A stretch of 45,175 nt of DNA from Chlorokybus atmophyticus (taxonomy: Eukaryota; Plantae; Mesostigma and Chlorokybus algae): NCBI GenBank assembly GCA_009103225.1, contig RHPI01000560.1, forward strand, positions 60,070 through 105,244, written 5' to 3'. A program made the translations under genes and the position numbers. A model generated the notes under the pieces. It had not been told where the DNA came from, did not search any database, and saw nothing but the letters and a program-made list of their open reading frames with translations. Below are positions 26,004 through 36,910 of the stretch, piece after piece. Position 1 is the stretch's first letter, and each line of letters opens with the position of its first letter.

Positions 26004-28174
26004 AGACACAGCTGTGTCCATGCAAAGCATGCACGCCGGACTGTCCCATAGGCCGCACTGGTCTGTGCGGCCTACGAGCCAGCCGATAGCAACTGGCTCA
26101 TAGGCTGCACTGTCCAGTGCAGCCTGCAAGGCAGTTGCTGTTGGTCTATACCCCGATTTTAACAAGTGTGTACATGTGTGTATGTGTGCATGACGAAAAG
26201 GTTATGAGAGAGAGTAAGAGTAAGAGAGCGTAAGAGAATGCATGCTTGCACGCATATGCCCATACCCATGCGCTTACATATGCGCGCGCGCATCCTCGCT
26301 GACCTGCGGTTCAGCTGTTGCACCTCGTTGTAGCAGCCCCCATCAGCAGTCTTGCGCCCTCTAGAGAGCAGCAGCGTCGGGCTCCCACCATCGGTAACCC
26401 CTGGAGCACCATTAGATCACCAGCGCNTCACCGCGCTGCTAACCTTGCGCAGCATTCGGGGGCCCTCCGTGGCGGGGCTGGCAAATTGAGGGACAGAGGA
26501 ATGAGCATATGTGTGCGCATACGTAAAGTTGCCCAGAGCTACAAATGCGCGCATGAACACGTGCAGTCTATGCAACCCAACATAGGCTGCACTGAACAGT
26601 GAAGCCTATGAGGCGGTTGCCATAGGCCGGCTCATAAGCTGCACAGTGAACAGTGCAGTCTACGAGGAAGTGCTATTGGCAGGCTGATAGACCGCACATA
26701 CCCTCTCCCTCCGCTCACCTTGAGGTTCAGCAGGTGCACCGATTGCAGCACCTCTTGGTCCTGCGCCATGAGCACGGCAGCAGCATCGGGCTCCCCCCAC
26801 CAACAATGACACCCGGGGTCACCTGTGCCGCAGTGCAGTGACGATTTCACATGTGTCGAGTATGATGGATTACGTGCACAAACAAACATGCGCACACACG
26901 CCCGCACACATAAACCTACACGTGCACACATGCACGCACGCACACGCATGGTTATGCGCACCCGCGGCTACAAGCTTAAGCATTGGGTGGGAGTGTACCT
27001 CAAGCACATACATACACATGTGCTTACTCTCACGGGACCTTGCAGGCGTCGTATATCTATCTTGCCAGCTGCTCGCTGCATGGCACTATCCATGCCTCGT
27101 CCGGCAAGCAACTTCTGGTTTGCAGCAATAGGTTTGAGCCTCCGCCTGCTCATGACTATGAAGTCAGCTTGTGGTGTACGAACCATGCAAAGCAACTTCT
27201 TAAAAGCCTATTGCTAGCCAATACACAGCTGCGAGCACAAGGCAATCAACTTGTTGCAGATTTCAACGTGCAGTTGCACTGCATCGGTTGACAACAAGCA
27301 AACACGTGCATTGACAACATCTTGTCATACATACATGATCAGAACCGCCAGCACTTTCAATCACAGTCACCAGTAATTGCAGGCGAGAGACTGCACCCGT
27401 CACAATCTTACTAGTAACACGCTAGCAACCACATCAGCCGCAACATGAATAATTGCGACAGCAGCAGTCGGGCTGAATGGCAGCCGCTGCCACGCTACAC
27501 ATGCTTGCATGAAGCCTACAGCAGCTGCAATGCTGCGGTATACACATGCTTTGGCTGTCAGCAACAACCTTCAACAACCAACCAAGTAATGCTCAAAACT
27601 GCTGCCCGCACCACCCACCGCCGCCGCCACCAGCTTGGACCGCAGCACCAGCAACGACAGCTCAGTAGACGGAGGCATTGACACTCCAGCACTCGCGGAT
27701 AACTGGCTGCTTGCGCGGTCTACTGACGTACGTTTGAACCAATCCGCTGGGCAGCAGCCGGTCAACGTACCATGCATGGTGCGGAGGCAATGCTGTGTAC
27801 AGTACACAGTGTACTGCGTGTACACTGTGTAGGTCCTGTGGCGGTGCACGCGCCCAGCACTGGTTCCTTCGGTCGCAAAGAACCATGTCGGGTGCGCTAG
27901 CGACCGCCGCGGCACCGGACAAGTGCTGCTCCGGCTGGTACAGTAGGCCGCGGGGGTCGCAACCACCCCTGGTTCCAACAATTGAACCACGTGCTGACCA
28001 GTGCTCTACCGGTCTACAGGCCGCGGGGCACGCGGCCAGCCCTGGTTTGGTCGATCGGACCGTGGCGGGCCGGATCACCGGTGGTCTGGTCACGCCGGAC
28101 CAGTTGCGGCGCTGGTAAGCCACTGCGTACCAGACGTAGTCTGCGCGCCTCCGCGTAAAAAGCCCTGTGTAGCC
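26004..28174. other. ~2.2-kb non-Copia segment replacing the gag 5' end and PBS of element 2; contains degenerate duplicated exon-like units and an inverted repeat
   Basis: gag similarity stops at ...GTGTAGAGA (26003). Direct repeat ~26290-26400 / ~26710-26815 with minus-strand GTCAG/GTGAG donors; inverted repeat ~26045-26135 / ~26580-26670. Confidence 0.55.
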
Positions 28175-28218
28175 TGTTGAACATCTCGAGATGTTCAACA
28201 GGCTACACAGGGCTTTTT
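28157..28218. repeat. Perfect 62-bp palindrome at the inner end of element 2's 5' LTR
   Basis: AAAAAGCCCTGTGTAGCCTGTTGAACATCTC|GAGATGTTCAACAGGCTACACAGGGCTTTTT. Confidence 0.95.
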
Positions 28219-28695
28219 GGTTGCATGCAACCATGCGCAACAAGCATACACAGCACAGTGGTAAGAGCAAAGCTACACCGCCAACGAAGTGACCAGAAGT
28301 GAACTAACTCAATAACCCGCGGCCTGTTGGCTCTGGGTCCTCAGTTTAGGTCCTACCAAAGACCAGACCGAACTGTACCAGTCCTAACTGCCTGCAGCCT
28401 ATATATACAACTGCAGTCTATGAGTGGCTTGTTAAGTACCAATGTAATAAGCTACAATAGGGCTAGCTAAGTTGACTAGACAATAGCATATAAGTGTCAT
28501 ATGCAACACATGTAGAGATCAAATGCAAATCATGCTATATTCTCCACAAGGTTAAGTGCTTCTTGGGCATTGTCATTGACATGGATATGCGATCTGCCAT
28601 GATTAGTCAGAGCAGATGGTTTGCCGAGTTGTGGACAAGTTTGGGTTGCAAGAGGCCAACGTTAAGGCTACACCCTTGGCGGTATAAGTCTCACT

Positions 28696-30196
28696 CGTAA
28701 AGCACCGGTAGATATGGCCCCCCAAAAGTACGGCCTTGCCCACAACTTAAGTGGAGATCCAGCTATCATTTAATTAAGGATCCACATGTAAGCAACATAT
28801 CGATTTTGCACTTGTTCTTGCTGCAGCTACAACTAAGTTTGGTATCCAGCTGACATTAAGGGAAAAGTAGTTGGTGTGCAATAAGTTTGATTACCGTCTT
28901 TTTTTGAATTTAATTATGGCCACAATCTATACTTATTTATAAATAAATCATGTATTAGGGGATCAATTTTAATGTGTGATCGAACCATAAATGTTATGGC
29001 CGCAGTTCGCATAACCACAAAGTTGTATAGCAGGGAAGCTCGCTGCTCCATCGCGGAGGTGCGAACCTTCACGGACGAACTTGCCAGAATTGCAAACAGC
29101 AACCTACGACCTAAGCACTGATCGACTAGACTACGACGACACGAGACACTTCGCACCGCGTTTGTAAAATTATATCCTTTACAGCGGCTGCTTCAATTGT
29201 CTCACATGCCGCAACACATGCATGCCAGGTGTATTGCATTCATGTATTACTGGTACGCAATGCACGTACCAACATCTGCATACAACAGCATTAGGCTACC
29301 CAAATCGGTAAACGATACTGACAGGTGTATATATATATATATATGTATGTAAACATATTATTGATTTTAACACATTATAGTTATCTATAACACATAAATA
29401 GATATACATATATGTTGTAAGATACATAGTAAAGTACCATTGTCACAATAATAATATACATAATCATGCATCCTAAACCAATTTGGACACCTAGATTAAC
29501 AGCTAGGCACGGGTAGGTGTTTTTAGATAAGTTATCCGCTTGCGGGTGGCCTGGGGATTTAAACCTAGCTTAGCGGCGCCAAATGTCCAACCACATTGTT
29601 GATTGTCGGGCAAGCTGTTGCCATAAACTCCCTTTGTCACCTACCAAGTCGCGCCGGTGCATCTATATTAATAGAGTGGCTGCGTGATCATTAATCACAT
29701 TGTTAAGGTAGGCTGCGGGCACGCGGGTACTTGAACCGGCGATGTATTGATGATCAGGCTGCAAAGGATTGAGACAATTGTAATATTGCGGTGTGACGGC
29801 CGACGTTATAGCTTTATAATGGCTAGATCCATGCGTCATTGACGGAACCAGTCAAGTACATGACAAAGTTAACGGCTATTATTCCAACCTTAAGGCATTG
29901 TAATGTAACCACTGTGTCCCCAACGGCGTCATGGAGGTGGTCAACATTTGCATAAACATCCGTACAGGTCTTTGTCATGATCATATCTGTTGATAATCCT
30001 AACGCCCGGTTCCTAACGTTGTTAGAAATCTGGTACACTAAGTGCGACCGGCCGATGGCCGTTTGTGACAAGCACTAACTTATATAAGAATCTAGCCATT
30101 TTGTAGTTAGGGATCTTGCGAATCCCTAGCGAAATTCGCGCTAGATCTGTAATAAAGTTAGGGATCCGGCCAGACTTACCGAAACCCATTTCCACT
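28696..30196. other. 1.5-kb relatively AT-rich unidentified insertion in the RT of element 4
   Basis: RT sequence stops at TCTCACT and resumes at GTGAAGTCTGAG; CACT is present at both junctions; no TIR or LTR recognised. Confidence 0.55.
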
Positions 30197-31537
30197 GTGA
30201 AGTCTGAGAGTGAGGCAGATCTGCTGAACAAGACTCAATACTCCTACAATACTTTGGTGAGGAGACTTTTCTACTAATTGGTCAGTACCAGGTTTGACAT
30301 TTCCCATGCCGTGGGAATCTTGGCTAAATACATGTCTGCACCTACTGTGGAGCACTGGAGGGCTGCAAAGGCGTGCATGCGCTATGTGGCTAGAACCTTC
30401 AGTATTGGCACTACATTTGGTGGAGGACCTACAGGTCTGAAGGGCTACTGCGATGCAGACTATGCAGGAGACTTAGACTCCAAGAAGTCTACCACGGGCT
30501 ACACATTCTTGTCGAATGGTGGAGTCATCAGCTGGAGCAGCAAGCTTCAGCCCACTGTGGCAGTGTTTACAGCAGAGGCGGAGTACATGGCTGCATCCCG
30601 CGCAATCAAGGAAGGGCGTTGATTGCGCAAGCTGATTGTTGACTTGGGTCTGAACCGGACTGTCATTCTGATAAACTGCGACAACCAAAGGGCTATACGG
30701 CTCTTGAAGCACCCCATTGCTTCAGATGGGTCCAAGCATATTGATGTCCGACATCAAGTTATGCATGAGTCATGCATTACTTTGTGCGGGAGCGCGTGGC
30801 GCGTGGAGAGGTGGAGTTCCTCTATTGCAAAACCGAAGACATGCTGGCAAACTTCCTAACAAAAGCTTTAACCCCTGTCAAGTTCCAGACCTGCTGTAAG
30901 GGTCTAGGCATCCACTAAGCTGCCTGCATGGGAGTGTTGAAGTTTAGGCTTTGGTTTAGCCGTCCTTAGACTCCAGACCAGTCATGTTTTGTCAGGATCT
31001 GACAGTTCTGACTCTAACCGTTTAGAACTATTTTAGGGTCTGATATCTCTTAGACCCGCCTTGTATACCATCCTGAGCTTGTATATCGAGTTCTTGGTAG
31101 TTGTGACCGTTATTGGGTATTAGGGGACGCCCACACACGTTCAACATGGTTCACTTTGCTTGTGCTTGAGTATGGTGGCGGCAGTAGCCTTGCCCTGAGC
31201 GTGGTCTAGACTGGTTGGGTCTGGCGTGGTCTAATCTGGTCTTTGTTGCTTGCACAGACGGTTTGAGGGTGTTGTGTTGCGTGTCTACGCTTAGGAAGCT
31301 TGCATCTCAACAGGCTGTTGTTAGGCTGTTGTCACATCATGTGATCATCAACAGTCGCCAATGCCATTGAACATGCTTTGACAGTTGTCAATGGATTGTA
31401 GGCTATCTTTGCTGACAATCATCAATGCTTTGCATTGTTGAATGTCTGCAGTATTTATAGTTGTCAATGCGGTTTATTGACTTTGACATGACAGTCGCCA
31501 ACAGCCTGTACTGACCTTTTTTCTGTTTCCTATGCAG

Positions 31538-31959
31538 GCTGCTGGGGCGATATTTGACTGTGAAGATAAAGAAGCCGCCGCCATGGACTTGCAGATTGCA
31601 GCGACGATTGTATGCAACATCAAGCCCAACGCCCCCACCAGAGAGGAGGCAATGGACATGTATGAGTACTACCACCACATCGAGAACGCGCTGTTGCCCA
31701 ATGATCACCACCGGTTTACATTCAAGGACCCCGACAGAACGGAGTGTGTGCCAGATGAGCTGATTTTGCGAGCCATTGTTTGCTTTGCTGCAAGTAAAAA
31801 GTGGTCGGTGGCGAACAAATATGTTGAAGGAGGGTGCGAGTGGGGATCCAATCGCAAACTACTAGGTATGCATACTTCATTACAGCAAGTTGAGGACGGT
31901 CCTTTGCTAGTTTACAAGTGATGACTTGGTACAATGCAGGGCTTCTAAGCGAGGCATAG
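31538..31959 (+). CDS. Orphan spliced coding fragment (exons 31538-31865, 31940-31959), product unknown, 5' part missing
   Basis: CTGAC branch point + pyrimidine tract + CAG acceptor; 328-nt open exon (AAGAIFDCEDKEAAAMDLQIAATIVCNIKP...SNRKLL); G|GTATGC donor; next exon GLLSEA*. Confidence 0.5.
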
Positions 31960-31973
31960 AAGAGAAAGCCTTT

Positions 31974-32211
31974 CCTGCCCAAGAGGCAGTGGATGCAACA
32001 GCCCTCGTCATCCTCTTAGGTGGGTGCATAGCTATGATATGGTCAAGTTATGTATTGAAACATGTATGTATGTTGCAATGCTATACATTGCCAAATATAT
32101 ACATACATATGCCATACATATATGTTTCACTACATAACTTGACCATATCATAGCTATGCACCCACCTAGGAGGATGACAAGGGCTGTTGCATCCACTGCC
32201 TCTTGAGCAGG
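31974..32211. repeat. Fold-back hairpin with ~97-bp high-identity arms and ~40-nt loop
   Basis: CCTGCCCAAGAGGCAGTGGATGCAACAGCCCTCGTCATCC... pairs with ...GGATGACAAGGGCTGTTGCATCCACTGCCTCTTGAGCAGG. Confidence 0.9.
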
Positions 32212-32575
32212 CTAGCATTGAAAGATACATACAAGAGTACATTGTATGTGTCAATGCATTCTGTGTTGTGTAAGCAAATAACATTACAGATGATGTGCAC
32301 TGTTTAACAAGCACGCGCTGAGTGTTTGCAAGAGGGGCTGTCGAGCAAGGTGTTGCGGGGGGCTTCACATTGGGGCTGAATCAACCACAGAGAGCACAAG
32401 TCTGGCTTCCAAGCGAAAGTGCTCGCAACACAACAGACTGCTGTTGTTAACTGCTCGTGTTAACCGCAGCGTGGAATGCATGTCAGAGACTGTAGGTACA
32501 GTTTCTACACTGGCTTGACACCGATGGGCTGTCGTATGACAGTCTTTACAGCATTTTTGTGAATTGTATGCGTGG

Positions 32576-33370
32576 CGGATTGTATGCACCAGGCATGGTG
32601 CATGCACCGGTGTTGAGACCGTGCATGCCTTCAATTGATGTGACATCATGACAGACCATGCATGGTGCGTTGTATGTTAGGACCATGCATGGTGCCGCTT
32701 GTGGACCATGTATGCACAACAATGTCTGTGACCATGGACCATCATGGTGCGATTGTCAACCGGACCATGTATGGTGCTTTGTATGGTAGGACCATACATG
32801 GTCGATCGTGGACCATGTATGCGCAACAATGTCCGTAACCATGGACAATGCATGCTGTGACTGTTGACCAGATTAGCACCATACGTGGTCCATTGTGTCA
32901 GGAGGGCAGCGCACCATGCACGGCGTGTACAACGTTAGTCACAATTAAAGACTTCCGGTCCATAGCCATGTCCGGTCCATATCCACGTAATTGATAGTCG
33001 CACCATGGATCATGCATGGTGCGACTATCAATTACAAGACATGTGGAATTAAGAAACCATGCCCAATCCACCATGCCAGGGGCATTGCACCATACATGGT
33101 CCTTACAACCTCAGACAAACAGGTCACCATACATTGTGCGACCCCGAAAAAACATGGCTTCATTCACTTAAACTTTAGACCATGCATAGTACGGCTGTCA
33201 TTGACAGATGGACCATATATGGTCCACCAATTTCACTTAGCAAGAAAAAATGTTAATCCGAAACCACGGACCATTCCTGGTCCTTTGGCGTCAATCCATG
33301 TGCTTGCCTTAAGACCGCAACAACATGCACACCTGCTCGAACCTGTAGCGGCTAGAGGCAGACAGGGCAA
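32576..33370. repeat. Second copy of the CCATG-palindrome-rich interspersed repeat
   Basis: Collinear with 13250-13968. Confidence 0.85.
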
Positions 33371-35456
33371 TAACAACCAGCGAATATACACTGTGCAGTT
33401 GGTAATGCAAGTGAATCTTGCCCAGCACAGCTCCCCTACTGTCTATGATAGTGAAGAAATGTGCGAATAGGCAATAGTGGGGTGAGGCACAACGGTTGAT
33501 CTACTGGTAGTTGTAAAGGTATATAAGTTAAAAATGCTAATGCATGTCATGCATTCCCAATACGATGATCTCGAATGAGCACAGAATAGTTTTCTCAAAG
33601 TTGGTGCTAAGTCGCTTTCAATGCTCTTGGTATGCACCTCAACCGTGATACTGTAGACACGCATGGCACAGTAGCGTACAGATTGCTGGTGTAGCGAGAG
33701 TATGGTCAGCTTCTAGCAGTATGGTAGCGCTGGGGCGGTTGCAATGTAGACGAGATGATGGCAGGCTTCTTAACATGCGTGCCTTGTGATCGTAACACCA
33801 ACCCACTCTCACAACGTCCGCACTCCTACAGCAAGAACCACTGCTATTGCCCAAAGTTCTAACAAGAGCATACACTTTCAAGAAAAGTGTTGCATTTAAA
33901 AGATAACATCGAGGTATGGAATTGATTGCATTTTCCCACTAGCTAGTTGAGAATGCTAATTGGGTACTTCTACTACTGTTCAGTTACATGAACTGTAACT
34001 GCCGCATCTGTTCGTCTCCTTGCATCCGGCCCGTTGATTCGCGCGAGAAGTCCCTCGCGGCTCTTGAGTCGTCGATGTTGATTGTGGCTCACCCTAGTGT
34101 GGATTGGGTTCGGGCTCCGGTCTTATCAGCAGAGAAGGCAACACTGAACGGATTGGTTAGACAACCTGACCATGACCATAAGCATGTGCACTGATGTCAC
34201 ATAAGGCCTCACGGACTCGACCATAAAGACCAAGGTGGGTTCTCATTTCAAGTCCTTGGGCTTTTTTGGCTCATTATTACCCACTTCATGACAACTGATT
34301 AGTGCATGATCGCGGCGGCGGATACCACCGGTATGGCGGGTGTCCAAAGGCGTTATACATGGCCAAGCAGGGCTGATGCGGGCACTGCCGTGAGTGCGGG
34401 TCTCATTGCAAGCGTGGCGGGGATGACACAAGCGGTCCTTCTTGTGTGTTGGGTACCGGTGGATGAGGATGATTACAATGACGAGAACATCCCCCTCCCT
34501 TCCCTGTACTGGACTCCTGCCCGCCGCCATGGCCGTCAGGTGCTGCACTTGTACCATAAAGGCGAGTGGGGCGACTGGGTGGGTCCCATATGGGAGCCCA
34601 TAATTTGGGTGGGTGGTATACCACCCATGAAGTTACACGCTCAGGGTGATTACCCTGAGCGTTTAACTTGCATGAGACTCCAAGTTGATCATGCTGGAAC
34701 TTGTACAACAGCAGCAGTTAGTTTAAGTTGACTTTGTGAAGAAATGTTCATGCTCACAGAGGTGTATTACACCTCATTGAGCATGAATTGCTGTAATGTT
34801 GCCTGCAGAGGTTACAGACAGTTTCACAGCACCATGTTAGCATGTTGTGGAATGCCTTGGTTTATCTGCTGCGTAGCAAATCTATCTATAGGTGGCAAGT
34901 TTGTCTGATGAAGCAGTTTAATGGATATATGCATGTAGTAGCTGACATGCGCACATGCAACATGCCCATAAACATCTGTATGCCATAACACAATGCACAT
35001 ACAAAAGCCGAACGCTCAGTTTATGTTCTACAAACCTCATCCCGAAAAACACTTCGCAGCAGCAATGTACCATTACAGTAGGAGCCAGAGATGGACAGAA
35101 TATTAATAACATTGCTCGTCATTAATACTATCTTATGCATTGTCTTGCATTTCCTCATAAAACAACGACTACCTACCGTAGGTGGCATTATATACTACCA
35201 CAACTCTTTGTATGTCGATCATGCATACTCCAACGTCTACCATAGCATGCGCCTCGTACTGTGCGCGAAGTTTGCTATCATTTGGTGCTGTTTGGTGCAC
35301 GCAAGAAGAGGTTTACTACTACATACCATGGGACTTCATCTTACCAGCGCCAGTTCCTGTTGATGTCACAACAGTGCAGCTGAGTTTATTGCCATCATCG
35401 CTCCTCTCTGAGGAGGAGGCTCCTGCATTGGAGGGAGCGACACTCACCCGCGCATG

Positions 35457-35889
35457 TTACTCTTTACCCGCGCGCATGGTGCTGTAGCCCATTCTGGCCT
35501 GCTGCCTGGCCTTGCTGGTGGCGATCTTGCCCTGGATGAGGCTGCGGCGGTAGCTGCTGCTGCTGCTGCTGCCATAGCCACCAGGAATGGCCACCTTCTC
35601 CTCCTCCTCCTCCAGGGCCATCAGGGCTGGCATTCGTGCAGTGAAGTCCTCCACGCCAAAGATGTCTGCCACCTCTGCGCATGGCACAACATCCGCATGA
35701 GTGAGATGACATTCGTTGCAATTGTGAGTGCGTGTGACATGTGACTATGTGCGCACGCACCATAGTCTGCTTCAGTGCCATAGAGGAGGCCTAAGCCGTG
35801 TTCGTTCGTGCCGTGGGTGACAGGCACGCCATTGCTGTCGTAGCGGATGCGCACGGTTTGCCCTGGACAAATTGACATGATCAGACACA

Positions 35890-35955
<66 letters not shown>

Positions 35956-35956
35956 N

Positions 35957-36043
<87 letters not shown>

Positions 36044-36910
36044 CTTACCAAGGACACCATGTGCGGACTCAGACAGGCCCATGGTACCACTAATGCCGAA
36101 GTTGACATGCACGGCCTCGAAAGCAACAGTCACTCTTATGCCGAGGCTTTCCGCGCTGACAGTGACAGAGCTCTCCGACACAGTCACTACCACGCCGCCA
36201 CTGATGATGTTGTGACCCTCCTCCAGACGCGTGCCGTTGTTCGCAAAGAACGCGCCACCATCGTTACCAAATGCCGACATTCCTCCCGCAATCTCACCCT
36301 TGTGCTGCACAGTGGGAAGGTACACATCAGGTCAACATGTGCACAGAGACCGCTGCAGCCCGTTCATGTGCGTGTGCGTCCGCGCCTGCTTGTAGCTGTG
36401 TGCATGCGCGCACACAGCTACAAGCAGGCGCATGACATGTGCGTGCCCGTGCGCGTGCGTATACACGACAGTGTTCGCGCACTGTGTGTGTGCGTGTGTA
36501 CCTGGGCAATGAGGCGGATGGGGGTCTGGTCCGGTACGGGGATTTCCATGGCGATGTCGGTCATGTAGGTGTTGGCAGGGCGCGTGGGGATGCCGCCGGG
36601 TTCTGAAAAGTGCGCTGCAAGCCAGAAGCCCGTCTCCGGGTCGTACACCAGTGCATAGTTGCGCCCCTTGCCCTCCTCCGTTCTGCCCTCACCCTGTTCA
36701 CCGTCCCAAGTCAGTGCACACAACAACAACGACAACAATACCAACAACAATGACGACGACAACGACAACGTCTGCAGACATGCCTGGAAGTTGAACTTCT
36801 GGGAGTTGAAGCCGGTGAAGTGCGGGTCCTGGCACCCGGAGGCGTCCGCCAGCATACAGGAGCAACTGCAATCACAGTCGAAGTGATCTATGCAAATCCC
36901 CGTCGGGACG
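35457..36910 (-). pseudogene. Copy D: 5'-truncated but otherwise in-frame (exon remnant 36910-36784, exons 36693-36502, 36304-36049, 35862-35761, 35674-35457)
   Basis: All splice sites phase-compatible; DPHFTGFNSQKFNFQ...HGVLG|QT; signal peptide, most of the Cys module and the promoter are deleted. Confidence 0.85.
35886..36039. repeat. (CA)n(GA)n microsatellite, intron 3 of copy D
   Basis: Direct read. Confidence 0.95.

Larger units (their letters stand above)
16090..28548 (-). mobile_element. Copia element 2 (LTR-X; 3' LTR 16090-16432, 5' LTR 28175-28548), degenerate, carrying nested insertions
   Basis: Flanks AGGCC (16085-16089) / AGGTT (28549-28553) form a decayed TSD. PPT at 16433; RNaseH/RT (YCELVGSLLYLSIVFRPDIAHAVGQL); integrase; protease CVFDSGCTQH; zinc knuckle CFHCDQVDH; gag to ~26003. 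Confidence 0.85.
15140..31312 (+). mobile_element. Copia element 4 (outermost host, 5'-truncated, Y-type LTR). Pieces 15140-16089, 28549-28695, 30197-30934; 3' LTR 30935-31312
   Basis: RT peptides [23 protein letters not shown] and KALYGLKQA; RT reading (DLGE|xKxFLGIVID) resumes across element 2; RNaseH SWSSKLQPTVAVFTAEAEYMAA; PPT-like CTGCATGGGAG|TGTTGA. Confidence 0.85.
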
